From positions 137,826,001 to 137,890,000 of the forward strand of contig OX597815.1 of assembly GCA_951406725.2 (NCBI GenBank): a stretch of DNA of 64,000 bases. Direction: 5' to 3'. The notes under the pieces are model-generated. The model was given only the letters and a program-made list of their open reading frames with translations. It ran no database searches and had not been told where the DNA came from. The DNA comes from Octopus vulgaris. Its lineage: Eukaryota. Position numbers and translations under genes: made by a program. Positions 11,728-26,700 of this stretch are shown one piece after another. Position 1 is the stretch's first letter; the number at the start of each line of letters is the position of its first letter.

Positions 11728-14700
11728 CCACAATAAATTAAATTACAATAACAGCACATGGTAAAACATACAATACACTAATAGCATGACTACATTAACA
11801 ATATCTATGGAAACAGAAGCTCACCTTGTACATTGTTGTCTTTTTCTGTACTTCTGATCACTGCCTGAAATTTAGAAATTTGAGCATCCAAACTCTAATC
11901 ATAGACCAAAATCTGATTAATCAGAGCTGACATAAAGACTACACTAAAATAAGGCAACTCTTACATATTAAAAGCTTTGGTAGCTTTTATATTATTCATT
12001 AATTTTATTTAACTTTTGTTCTTAACATTCACCACTCCAAACATGACCTTTTCGAGTCTTTCTTTGCAAGGAACATAACCAAAGTGTCTATTATAACTAT
12101 TTCCTATAGAATAACTATTTCTTGTAGAAGCATAATTTGTCCTTTTTTAATGAAAATATCTTGCCTTTCTAATGGTTGAGGAGCTCCTAATATAAGGACC
12201 ACATACTGAAAAGATCAGTTTTCCTTTTACAGATAAACATAGGGTAGTTTCATAAGCAGTACAGTAGAGCTGACTGTTATGAAATAGTCGTCTGAAGAAG
12301 CCATAAGATTAGCTACAAAATTAGTTGGTTTATGTTTTTAGAGATGACACTTTCACTTTGAAAATGATATGCTGGCAATTCTAGATCTGTAAAATGTAAC
12401 ATTGTGGAGTTTGGAATTAAGGATTTAACAATAAGTAGTCATCCAGTCATTTTCCCTCGATAAAAATATAATTCTCTGTTGCTGTTCTCTCTTAACTTTC
12501 TTGTGTCCTTTCTATCAATATTTAGTTTAAATATACAAATGCATTCTTTGAATTGTTCTAGTTTAATCATTAATTAACTGATTTTATTTTTAATAGTTCA
12601 ATGTCTGAGTAATTATTATAATGAGGTCTCTAATGAAACTCTTATTTTAATTTCAGCCTGAATTATTTAATGATTACGCAGCATACAGAACTAAAGCTAA
12701 TGTGAAATATAATCCAACATGTAAAGATAGCAGCCATACAGATGATAGTCGAGAAGATGGACCAGTAGCTTTAACAGTTCAGTCAACTATTGACAGTGAT
12801 CAGTTAGCAAATCATCATAATGTTAATCATGATGGTGTTGGTGATGATAAAAGCTGTAATGACTCAAATATCAACAAAAATAATAAAATATCTAAAGATG
12901 TTTCAACTAATGTTGAACATGACAAACATATCCCCAATAACTTAACATCAAGTCATCAATTTCATCGGGGTCGTATGAAATCAAAACATAAAGACCCTCC
13001 TATTGATGAACAGTATGTTGTAGTAAACAATGTTGACAGGTCATTTTCCTGTTCTGATATTTCCTCATGTGAACATTTATCAAAGGAAGCTAGCAACAGA
13101 TCAGAGAGCTCAAGCCAATCATCGGAATCCGTCGTACCATGTTCCAGTGAATCGGAATTTTCATTTGCGTCTTCAAGTTCTTTCCAGCAGGATAATTCTT
13201 CTCATGAAGACTCTTCTTCAGTTATATTGGGTCAGTTTGTTTATTTATAAATTTAATCCAAATGTACATGAATTAAGATTATTCAAGAAACACTGTCAAA
13301 GTAGTTGAAGAGGTGACTTATTAGTGATAAGCTTAAATTAATGTAAAAGGAGGCTTACTTGATTTACAATATGAAAAAATAGTATTTCCTCCTTATTCAT
13401 GTTGAAGGGATCTTGCCATAAAACATGAGCTCCTAAGACATGCTGATTTCTGAACTTTGTATATGTATCAACTTGTGTCAGCTTATAAAATTATGGGGAT
13501 TTTTTCCCTTCATTTTAATATTTATTGTCTTTTCACGGTGGCACGTAAAAAGCACCATCCGATCGTGGCCGTTGCCAGCCTTGCCTGGCCTCCGTGCCGG
13601 TGGCACGTAAAAAGCACCCACTACACTCATGGAGTGGTTGGCATTAGGAAGGGCATTCAGCCGTAGAAACATTGCCAGATCAGACTGGGCCTGGTGCAGC
13701 CTTCTGGCTTCTCAGACCCCATTTGAACCGTCCAACCCATGCCAGCAGGGAAAGCGGATGCTAAACGATGATGATGATAATCAATTACTAACATTTTTGC
13801 AAAAATCTCCATTATCAAATTATTAACTATAGAATCACACTTCCCCCACCTCCCAACACTTGAACTTATCCAATCCATAACTGAATGAGTATATCTAATT
13901 TTTTATAAGAACTTGAGGGAAATCAAGTCTTAATCTTTATCAAAGTATCTGCATCTTCTGCTGGGAAATTGGTAAAAAATGTTTTGTCCCTCTTAGCTAA
14001 TACTGCTACAGCAAGTAACCTTAACACTCAACAATGTAATGGGTTTCATTAATGCTTGTTCTTATTTGCCATTTAACAGACCGCAAATCTGACAAAACCA
14101 GTCACCTATTTTTGATTGATTACCCTTCAAACTACAAGGTAAATAATTTGTCTTACTCTAGAAATCAACTTTATTTTTATACTTACTGTAAGACTATGTA
14201 TTTTAAGAATTATGCATATTATCTTTATATAGATGTGTCTCTTTGTTATTTAACATTAATTACATGAAAGATAATAGTTAATGTGTTGGATAAAATGCTT
14301 AACAGCATTTCTTTTGGCTCTTTCTGTTCTGTCTTCAAATTTTGTCAAAGTCAACTTTGCTTTTCATCACTTTGAAGTCAATGAAATAAGTACTAGTTGA
14401 GCATTGGGGTCAATTAATTGACGAGCCTCTTCCCCCAAAATTTCTGGCTTTGTGCTGTAGTAGAAAGGATTATTTTATAATTATCCTTGTCTGTCAAGTA
14501 CAACTCCATCTGAAACTGTGAGTTGAAACTAAAATACCTACAAAATGGAAGAGTCATTAGCACTTAAACTTAAATTCATTTATTTCTTAATGTGTCCAGA
14601 TTTTCACTGCCTTACTGCAACCTTGACACTAATATATTAAACAAGAAGCTCAACTTATCATGAATCATTTGTTAACATCTTTACCAGTGTGAGATGGTTT

Positions 14701-17700
14701 AGAGGATAAGACATTTGAATTGGTAAAATGATTTACTATTAGATGTCATTTTGTTTTGTTTTGCTAATAGCTTATATAAGATCAGTATTACCTTTCTTTT
14801 ATTCAGCCTAAATTATATAAGCCCCCCAGTCGAAAACGGTTTGAATTCATGCTGCGTAAATTAGAATTGATGTGCCTCAATAGATATGATCATTGGAAGC
14901 AGTTAGAATCAATACACCAGGTAGGTTGATGCTTAATTTATTTCTGTTTCTTGCAGTATTATTTTTATTTAACTGTAACACTTCTACATATTATCGTTGA
15001 TCATTTCTATAATTCATTTAGCATTATAGCTTACTAATCTTTAATCAGTAAACTTTTGTTAACAACAGATATGACTGTTATTTTTCCAAGTTTGTATGAG
15101 TTACAAAGGACTACATATTATAGGCTTTTGTCTTCTCCTTTGTGAGGTTCAGCTTCTTGAGGCCATTTTTCACCATATCTTCCCAGGTTTCCTTTGGTCT
15201 TCATCTTCTACAAGTTCCTGTCACTTGACTTATTCGGCACTTACCCATCAATCAGCCTCCACATGCTCATATAACATAAGCCTTTTCTCTTACAAACCAA
15301 ATGTAATTCTTTTTATACCCATTTATTTTCTCAGCTCATTTGTGCTTTATCATCCTTATGCACTAACATATCACATCCAGCAAAGCCTGCTTGCTTCATT
15401 TCTCTCCAGTCTTCATACATCCATATTCAATCCCCATGTTTCACAATTATGCAATATTGCACTTTGCAACATTTATCTTCAGATACCTAAATCATCTTGG
15501 TAATCGAAGCTATCAACTACTTCTCTGAAACTTACAAGCTTGTAAAAATTTATTTCACAATTTTTCTTGCTGCTAACTTCTCCTGTACCTCTGCTACATA
15601 TGAAATATTCCCTCTTCGTCAGCCTGTCTGTAATCCCACTACACCTCTTGTGTCATCATGCCTTACATTTAGTACTTACAGAATTCTTGTCTAGTCTTTT
15701 TCTGCATATTGAGCACAGCCATTTTATAGATGGCACTAGAGGTCTCTCTTCTATCCTCCTAAAACTTGTCTTTGTTAGGTTTACTTTAGGGCCTCTCAGT
15801 TTTAGGTTTTACTTACACATTTAGAATTTCTTTTAAATTTTTGCTGAATTTAGCTGACAATTAGCTTATTTGTAAACAGTTCTCGTTAATAACCAGTTTT
15901 AAACTCTTCTGATATGACCTTTAGATCTATAATGAACTGTAGAGGGCTGAGAACCAATCCCTGATACACATCTACTCTCACTAAACTTGTTGCTAACTCT
16001 CACATTGTTGATGGTATCCTTGTGCATGACTTGCATGGCTCTCATGAGCCATTTATTTTCACATAGCTTTCTTAGTAATCATAACCCTATAGAGTGTGGT
16101 ACTCTGTCAAAGGTCTTCTCCAGGTCAACAAATGCTAGGTGTAGGGGATTACTTTTAACTAAGACTTTCCCTGTTGTTGCCTCACTAGGAAGAGAACATC
16201 AGTGGCACCTTATTCTGGCACAAACCCAAATTGCATCTCATCTAAATTGATTCTCTTCCTAATTAGTTGTGCTAAAACTCATTACTCTCATAATTTGATC
16301 AATCATTTTTATACTTATGAAGGTGATTGTTTCTAGCTTATCTACTGTTATACTATTCATTGGGTATGACATTTCCCTGTACTATCTGATTGACTTTATG
16401 AATGACTAGTATATGTCCTACTTCACCATATATTTTCAGAATCTCAGCACCTATACTTTGCTTTCAATTGTATAGCTGTGAACCTTAATAGCTAATCCCT
16501 TTGTTGAGTGGTGTTGGGGTAATTCCTCTCCCTCATGTTCTTCACATTCAGCAATCTCTAATAGTAACTTTCCATTTCCATGCCACTTTCTTCTCAGAAT
16601 CAGTTATGGCAAATGCACCACTATTGTTCCATATGATTTTTTTCCCTCAAAAACACTTCATTTACACTAACACACTGATTTGCTCTGGAAAACTACATGC
16701 CTTTGATGATATTTGTCAAGATAAAGGGTGATGACCCCGACAGCACTACTGGCTAGGTATGTTTTCTCAATGGAATAGACTATCTAGTTCATTTTCCATG
16801 CTGAACGAGTTGGTTGACCACGTCTCACTTATACACTCCATTTTTCGCATGGTTTCTTCAACTGGATGCCTTTCCTAATTCTAGCCACTTTATGGAGTTT
16901 ATCCATAAATGTGTGATATTGCTAATTATCATAATCGAACATTGTAGACGCAGAAATGAGGCAATAATCAGATAGAACCAACAGCTCATGTATATTCAGT
17001 ATTCTTTACTCTTATTAAGGAGAGAGAGAGCAAGGTAGAAGGAGAAAGAGAAAGCTGAGAGAAGAGAATGAGAAAGTTTAATATGATAAATAATAGTATC
17101 TTAAATTTGATATAGTGTCTCTGTACTGTTATCCATAAATATCTGTATCTCCAGTTATCAGAATTCACCATAAATACAGAAACAGTGAAATAGGCCAGAG
17201 AAAACAGAATAGGTAGCTTGTATGCCTTCATAGCTTAAGACTCTTATGAAATAGAGAGAGAGAGAGATCTGCAGACTAATATATTTTGATGTTTTTAGTT
17301 ATTAATAAAAAGAATTCATATTGTTTTCCAAAGTTCACCTGTATGTCATTCCATAATGTTTGCTGATTTTCACTAATTATTTCAGAGTGCGATCTTATTC
17401 TTACTAATTGATTTCATCTATTTCTTCCCATTTTAAAATTATTTTCATCCTTTTGTTTTTTCTCACTTCAAACCCTTTCTTTTTGAGTAGGATATTTAAT
17501 TTGTTAGATTAAATACACTACAAATTTCAATTCTGTCCCTCTACATTCTTGTTCTGATGTGAGAGATGATTGTTGTTGTTGCTGCTGCATCGGTAATAGT
17601 AGTAGTACCATCTAGCATTCTCTAATACATTAAATGATAATCACAATATTCTAGTAAAATCTCGAAAATTCTCTTCTTCATTTTACTTGACTATTTATAG

Positions 17701-20700
17701 ACCTTCTCTCTTTTATTCCAGTATTATAGCCAAGACTTAGCCATCTTGAAAATGCATCAATGGGAAAAAAATCTAACTGGTAAATTTCCTTATAACTTTA
17801 TTTAACGCATGTTTTTGAAATTGGTTAGCTTTTTAAATCCCTCATACTAAATTTGGTGCTCAGTACTTTTCCTGTAGAACTACACTCATCTAGAACTCTC
17901 TTGTTGGTTAGACAATACATACTGCATCAGCCTCACTAAGTTGTCCCCTACCCTTATTCCAGAGACTAACAAATACAAAGATGAAAATGGGAGTTGTAAC
18001 ATATTTTTCCTTTGAGCTTTTGATTTCATTCATGATTGAAAACTGTGGTTCAAATTCAGTATGTCTAGACATGCTATGACACTCACTATAAATATATTAT
18101 TTATTATTATTATTTTATATAGTGCGTTGTGTAAGGTATAGCAGAGATTATTAAACTAAAAGCAGTATAGTTCTACTTACTTCGAGGATATAGTTAATGT
18201 TAGTGGTACACCTACTAAAAGTGTATTTTTGTGTCTGGGGAGAGTCATGTGCATATGTATACACATACTTATGCATGCATGCATGCATGTATGTATGCAT
18301 ATATATATATGTATGTCTATATGTATTCTGCATATTTATGTAAGTGTGTGTATTTGTGTGTGTACCTCTGTCTCCTTGTGTGTGTGTTTGAGCATGTCTA
18401 TGTGTATATGTTTGTCTGACTATATACATACGTCTGTTATGTACAGATGTGTGTCTCCATATGTGTTCTTGTGTGTGTGTGTGTGGATGTGTTTATATGG
18501 TCATGTGTTTCCCCCTCCTTTTGTGTGCGTGTATGTGTGCTCGTCTGCCCATATTACCTCTGTACCTATCTATCTTCTACTTACCTATCTGTTTACCAAC
18601 ATATCCATTTACTTACCCATATATATATATATATATATTTGCTTATATAACAGCCAGCTAACAAATCTACCTGTATACATATAAACTGTGGGTATTGGAG
18701 TATCACTGCCTTCTATGTGTATCTCCTATTTAGTATGGGGGATGTTTTATTTATGAGGATATACTCCTGTACTTGTCGGAGTGTTGGCTCCTTTGGGTGC
18801 TTGGATAAAATACGTATGTGAAGTTGACCCAGTGTGCCTCCATGTTAGTCTTTGGCATTTTGGTAGAGTATGGAGGACTGATTTTTGTTGTCAGATTGTC
18901 TCAAAAGTTTATTCAATCTCTCTGCAATGCTTCTAGATGTCTCACCAATGTATGTCACGTTCTTGTCTTAACAAGCACCCTCTATGCACCTTACGCAGTA
19001 GACTACATTTCTAGTTCTATAGTTAATACCAGGATTAATCTTACATATCATGCAGTTCTCAAAGGGGTTTGTCCTACATAACTGTAATCTGATGGAGCTC
19101 CCTGGCTTTTCAATGATCTTAATGTTGAGTTTGGTCTCCTTCATAGCTTTCCTAAATCATTAGGCTAGTACTCCATGGGCTGTGGCTTCTACAAACATCA
19201 CTCTTTGATATTTTTCAGCCTTGTACCATATGTTCACCATGTTTACTTTGTCACAAACTCTCTGTATCCTATTCCAGTCTTTACCTCTGTGTCTAGGGCA
19301 GGCACCACTGGCCTCTTCATGACCTGGTGGGACAGAAAACTTAAACAATCCTTAGCTGAACAAACCACAAGTGTTTTGCTTTACTGTAGGTACGTAGATG
19401 ATATTAATATTCTAGTTAGGACAAACTCTAGTAATTGTAATATAGAAACCGAGAGGAGCATAAGGGATAGCATCCACTAACTCCATCCAGCCAAGTATCA
19501 AGGTAACTATAGATTACTCCACTAGGCACCCTAACAATAGACTCCCTGTTCTTGTTCCTGAACTTTGATTAGAAACTGTGAATAAGAGAGTGCAGTTCCT
19601 TCACTCCTATTACATGAAACCCATAGCTTCTAAATATGTTGTTCACAAAAACTCAGCTTTGTCACACAACATGAAAATCAACATACTGATAGCAGACTTA
19701 GTTAGGATAATGAATAATGTGCCCCACCCCACACCTATGCAAACCCTATGAAACGAGGAAACTTGTGCAGAACTTCATGCACTGCATGCAATTCTCTGAA
19801 TAGGATTCAGGTATACAGGGGAGCTAGAAAGAAGTTAGATAGCATTATATGTAAAGAAACCAGTGGTGCAACGGTAAAGACTTGAATAGGATAGAGTTTG
19901 TGACAAAGCAAACACAGTGAACACATGGTACAAGGCTGAAAAATATCAAGGAGTGATGTTTGTAGAAGCCCACAGCCTGTGCAGAACTAGCCCAACAATT
20001 TAGGAAAGCTCTGAAGGAGACCAAACTCAACATTAAGATCATTGAAAAGCCATGGAGCTCTATTGGTTCACAGTTATGTAGGATGTACCCCTTTGAGAAT
20101 ACCACATGCACCAATGTGAACCGCATGGTATGTAAGATTAACCCTGTCATTAACTGTAGAACTAGAAATGTAGTCTACAGCATAAGGTGCATGGAGGGTG
20201 CTTGTTAAGACAAGAACATGACATACATTGGCGAGACATCTAGAAGCATTGCAGAGAGATTAAATAAACATTTGAGATGATATGACAACAAAAAGCAGTC
20301 CTCCATGCTCTACCAAAATGCCAAAGACTAACATGGAGGCACACTGGGTCAACTTCACATACACATTTTATCCAAACACCCAAACGGCCCAACACTCAGA
20401 CAAATATGACAAATACAGGAGTACATCCTCATAAATGAAACATCCCCCAAACTAAGTAGGAGATACACATAGAAGGCAGTGATACTCCAATACCCACTTG
20501 TTAGCAGGCTGTCATGTAAGTGAATATATATATATATTTAGGTAAATGGATATGTAGGTAAACAGGTAGATAAGTAGATAGATAGGTACATAGTTAATAA
20601 GGACAGACAAACACACACACACACGCACACACATGCATACACACACAAAAGGAGATGGAAACACATAACCATACACACACACACACACACACACATGAAT

Positions 20701-23700
20701 ATGCAGAATACATACAAACGTACACACATGCATACAATATACACACACACATATTCATACACACATGCATACAATATACACACACACATATTCATACACA
20801 CATACATACATACGTGTATACACATGCACACATGTGCACAAACAAACAAAAAGAACACAGCTCTGATAATGGGCAGTCAACAACTGTTGAAGTGGTTGCA
20901 AGAAGCAACAAAAATTTTATAAAAGAAAAAATAACTAAGTAAATGAGTGGAAATTGAACTGGTGAGTGTGTTAATTAATAAGGCATTAAAACAGAATGAC
21001 TCTCCCCAGACAACAAAATATGCTTCAACACACAAATTTACATACAGAATCTTACAAACAAAATACTAAGACGAACTGAAAGTATAGTTGTGTAAGAATG
21101 AGATAGAAAATGTTTTAAAGCACTTCTGTTGATAACAGAAACTCTCCATTTGGAAAACCAACAGAGGTTTGTTATGTAACAAAATAAACACTAGTACACT
21201 TAATGTCACCTGCATGATAACTTTAATTAATTGCAACTATATCTGTGTCAAAAGGAAATAGTGTTGAGTAATATTTAAGTTAACCAAAGCAAAGGGAGAC
21301 TACTCAAAAAAAAATTTGAAATTTGAAAAATTAACTCATCAGAATCCTTAATAAATAAAATTGGAAATAGGAAGACAGGAGACACAGCTCTTGACATTTT
21401 CAGCTTATTAGAACTCTTCAGTTAAGCATTCATATATCTTCCAGTTTGATATTGAGAAAAGAGTATATATCTCTACAGTACGTAATGTATGCTATTGAAA
21501 CAACACAATATAAAGCTTAATGGAGATAATCCAGGATATATAATTTGTTTTAGGTAGAAACATAACTGATAACTCTAACATATAATAAAAACAGAAGATA
21601 ATTTTTGTAATGTTTTATGCAAAACGTTTGTGGAGACTAAAATATTTTACTTTGTGAAGTTAAGTCTCAATGAATGAAGATGTCATCAAAAGAAACAATT
21701 TGTTTCTAATCTAATGATAACATTGTTCTTATACTTAGTGATGAGGGAGAGAACATAATCTGGAATTTTAATAAAAATGGCTTACTTGTAGCTACAAAAC
21801 TTTTTAAATGTGTAATAAAATAATTCAATTAAAGCAATTTTCTTCAAGAATTGTTGTTGAGAACAGAAAGTTTCAAAATAGATATAAATTTGGTTTTAAT
21901 CAATACTAATTGATGACCTAAATCAAAATCCATGTCAAAAAGTCTAATGAACAAGTATTAAACTCATAATTATGGTTTTGATTATAAATCAAATCTTAAT
22001 GGGAATATCATTAAGTCTTAAAAACACAATGTGGATGGTTACTATCAACTAATAATTTGATGATTGCATGTCACTGCATTGTTGGGTTTCTTTCTTGTAT
22101 TGATATCCTGTTTATGTTTCTTAGAACCAACTTCATCTTTACTAACATTTGGTGGATGTGTTACAAGCAACTTCCTTCATGGAATGCACCGGTAAGAAGT
22201 TTCAACTTGCACTTTCTTCTGTTTTATTCATTAATGCTGTGTTTCTAGATTTCAGATTGAATCCATTAAAACACAAAATTTATTTCTACCAGTTTCAGTG
22301 AATCGCTATTAAAAAGAGAAAACAGCTGATCATGCAAGATTTCATCGTCCTTTTCAGATATTTTACTCTGTTCTCAACTCTTTCAATTCTCTTGATTTTC
22401 ATCAGTCCTTTCCCCACCCCCAGTCACACATACGCAATGACATTTTTACTGATTGTGTACAATCAGTACACAAACCTCTCCAATCAAAATTCTCCAAGCG
22501 ATTATAGTAGTACCAATGAACAAAAAATATTGGATTCATTTACTGTTTTCTTTTTTGTCATTATATTAATTTCTTCTTTTTGCAAATAAAAGTTAGTCCT
22601 AGTAAGAATATTGTGTTCTGGGGCTGTGCCACAACTTTAGACCTAAACTCAATCACTAAGAAAGTTATAGTATTAAAAATAAACACTGTATGTGAGTGAT
22701 GATTTAGCCACATAATTTAAAATATATTCTTTTATTCTTTTACTTGTTTCATTCAGTTGACTACAGCCATGCTGGAGCACTGCTTTTAGTCAAACAAATC
22801 AACCCCAGGACTTAATCTTTGTAAGCCTAATACTTATTCTATCGGTCTCTTTTGCCAAACTGCTAAGTCACAGGGACATAAGTACACAAGCATCAGTTGT
22901 CAAGTGATGGTGGGAGGACAAACATAAACACACAAATACATATATTTATGTATATACATACACAACAGGCTTCTTTCAGTTTCCATCTACCAAATCCACC
23001 CACAAGGCTTTGGTCAATCTGAGGCTATAGGAGAAGACGCTTGCCCAAGGTGCCACACAGTGGGATTGAACCTGGAACCATGGTGCTGGGAAGCAAGCTT
23101 CTTACCACATACTCCTGCGCCTATAAATTCTTGTATTTATAGTTCTTTTATGGTGAAATATTGTGAGGAAAACCTTAGCAGCAAGATAAAAAATATGATT
23201 TATGTGGTTTGGTTGAGTGATCAATTAATAGAGTAATCTAGGTTGGCAATATAACAATTATTGTAGTTTCTATATTGTATCATCATCATCATTTAGCGTC
23301 CGTTTTCCATGCTAGCATGGGTTGGACGGTTCAATTGGGGTCTGTGAAGCCGGAAGGCTTCATCAGGCCCAGTCAGATCTGGCAGTGTTTCTACGGCTGG
23401 ATGCCCTTCCTAACGCCAACCACTCCGTGAGTGTAGTGGGTGCTTTTTACGTGCCACCCGCACAGGTGCCAGACAGAGTTGGCAAACGGCCACGAATGGA
23501 TGGTGCTTTTACGTGCCACCGGCACGGGGGCCAGGCGGGGCTGGCAACGGACACGAACGGATGGTGATTTTACGTCCCACCGGCACGGGGGCCAGGCGAA
23601 TATTGTATATTGTATATATTACATATGACATATGAACAATTTTGTAACTCTGTAATGAAAGTGGTTTTCATTACAAGAAAGATGATACTGATAATTTGTC

Positions 23701-26700
23701 TTCAGCAGCCATACCTAAGAGCATCAGAATGGTCATACATCTAGGATTTGTATCACAGAAATCCAATATTTTAAACTGTTATTTATTTATTAATCCAAAG
23801 AGAAAGTGTTCTGTTGATTACTTTATGCTCTCCTTTTGTTGAGAACTGTGCAAGTTCAGTGCGAAATCTTGGGATGAATCAGAAATAGGAGTTACTAAGA
23901 TGAGAAGAGATAAAATTATTGCAGAATCATTAAAAGATACAGTGAGAGGACACAACTGACTTGTGGGCCAAGGATTGTTGAGTATTGTTGAATGTAGCAT
24001 GGCTTTTAAGTTGGATGGAATTTCCCTTGGATGAGGTTGAAGATATAAACAAAGTTTCAGAAAATCTATCAGCTACATTAAATCAAATGGAGTTTGTATT
24101 TAATTTTTAAAAATTTACTTGTTAATTCTTACAGTTCTGTATTTAAGAGATGAGGAATTATGTACATTATTTACATTTGATGAATATTTGTCCTCATCTT
24201 GTTTGCTGTTAACACAACATTTCGGCTGGTATACCCTCCAGCCTTCATCAGGTGTCTTGGGGAAATTCCGAACCTGGGTTCTCATTCCTAAGTTATTTTT
24301 CGATGTTGTTATTATTATTATTCAGATCACTGCCTGGAATCGAACTTGGAATCTTGGGGTTAGTAGCCTGCGCTCTTAACCACTACGCCATATGCCCGTG
24401 GGCATATTCTTATTTAAATTACTGTATTTCCACTGTATTTTGTTGACTAACCACATAGGTTGACTTAGTGATTACTTTCTTATTTTATAGGTGTTACTGT
24501 GAGAAAGAACGTGGAATGCCCAAACATCAACTAATATCAAATCAAATGAAAAAATTATCATTTTCTGAAGATCAACCTGCCCAAGTAGGTAAAATCTCTA
24601 ATGACAGTTTTTTTTTATTGAGATAATGGGACATATTGGGTAGAGTATTGAGGGTTTATTCCAATGTAGTTTGAGAAGCATCTGAATTATTCCCCTAATA
24701 TTCATAGTTTCAGTTGTCTGTAAAAGTATTTTAAAAAACATGTATACTTCTTGTTTGTCTTAAAAACCATTTGGATTTTGTAAGGATAACAGGAAGTTTT
24801 TCTGTGTCTCTGTGATTTGTTGTTGGCTAATAACAGCAAGTAGCTATGAGGTTTTCACATCATGTATAATCAATGGCTTTGCTGCAATACTTTTTGCAAA
24901 ACTACCAAAGTTAGTAGTTGCTTATCTTGAAAATGGGACATTGACATCCATCATGTGTTTGTGTAGATTAGGGTAGATTCCTGCAGATAGAGAAGGAGTC
25001 AAAAGTTTGATGAGTATAGGAGCTAACTCTGATTGTTTGCAGGTAGTGGAATATACATCAGAGGTTGAGTTAGTGTGATGAGGAAATTTTTTGAATTTGA
25101 TAACTATACATTGTAGCAAAACTGGGATCTGGAGAAGAGTTTGGGAAAGAATTTGTTATTAACATATGCAGTTTAGAGTTAGAGGCAAATACGATGGTTT
25201 TTATCTCAGTACCTTCCTCTTGGAAGACCAGAAGTTTGTGATAATGTAGTCATTCAGTACAAATGCATTCTTTATTTTTCAGATGGTCTTTTGTAGGTGC
25301 TACTGATAGGTTGGCACTTTGCTGTGGTAATGTTCATTGACTTCCTCCAGATGTTATAAGTAGTGTTCTTCACTTGTACATCTGCAACTGAACTGTTTGT
25401 ATGTCTTGCAGTTGTGATCTTTGTGTTAGGATAGTGGAGGAACATAAAAAGGATGGTATCAATCATCTTCTTAGCTATCTCAGAATTTTGGCATTGAGCT
25501 GTCATGGCCTGGACATATTGCACTCATTCCACTGTTCTCTCTGTTTCTATATATCAGCAGATTCTGCTCCTCTATACTTCTCATTGCATCTGTGCATCCC
25601 AAGTTTGAGACTGGTAGGGCTATTTGTGTGGCTGCTATTTCTCTTCATGTTTTCCATATGCTTGTTGTGCATGTATTTGGGGGTGGTTTTTTATTATAGT
25701 GGCAGTGATTGTGAGAGTTAAAGCTTGCTGCAAATTGTACCCTCATGTGTCTAGATGATCTGTTGTATTGTTATTTCATTTTGTATGTGGTCTCTGTGCA
25801 ACCTCTGTACAACATTTCAGTGTTCCTTGTAGCTTATGAGTTGTTGTGAAATGCTTATGCCAGCCAGGACTGACATAATCTAATATGGATCTAATGTAGT
25901 GTTTGTACACCATTGTTGTTCCCACTTTCTATTGCCAAATATGGGGCCTATAATTTCTCTAATTATATCTGCATTGTACTACTTTCTTCACTGTTTTCTC
26001 CTTAGTAAAGAATGAATTGTGAACGTCTGAGTTTAATATTGCCTTATTACTTTCTGGGTAGAAGTGTATTTTTCAGTTTTTGATCCTGCCTTCTTTGTAG
26101 CATCTTTTTAAAAAACATCTTATAAGCACATTTGCTTAGTGGCTGCAGTACATGTATGTTATTTGAGGTTGTTAATGTGATAATGGATCATCATCAGCAT
26201 CATCATTTAATGTCTATTTTCCATGCTGGCATGGGTTGGATAGTTAGACAGGAGCTGACTAAGTCAGGAACTGTACCAGGTTCCATTGTCTGTTTGGAAA
26301 TGTTTTCTACAGCAGGATACCCTTCCTAACACCAACCTCTTTACTGAGTGTACTGGGTGCTTTTTATGTGGCACCAGCCCCAGTACTTTCTACTTTACAC
26401 CAGAACCAGTGCTTTCTACTTGGCACTATCACCAGTGCTTTTTACATGGCACCATCACCAGTCCTTTGTATGTGGTACTTATTGTTGGTGATATTTCTGT
26501 TTGTTTTTTGTTTTATGTTGATACAAATGTTGGTCATTTTTCTGTTGTTCTGTGATTTATTTTTCACTGTTTCTTTGTTTAGTTTGATACTGTGTTTTAT
26601 TTCTGTTATATATGGTGTTGGTATATTGTATTTGAGATTGTCTTTGGCTATTAATGAGTTCAATCATTTCATATATGTAATTTGGGGCATATTTATTAGG

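Noticed and set aside
24328-24397. tRNA gene
   Set aside because: A and B boxes are present but there is no acceptor stem or complete cloverleaf; treated as a SINE head, as for 52262.
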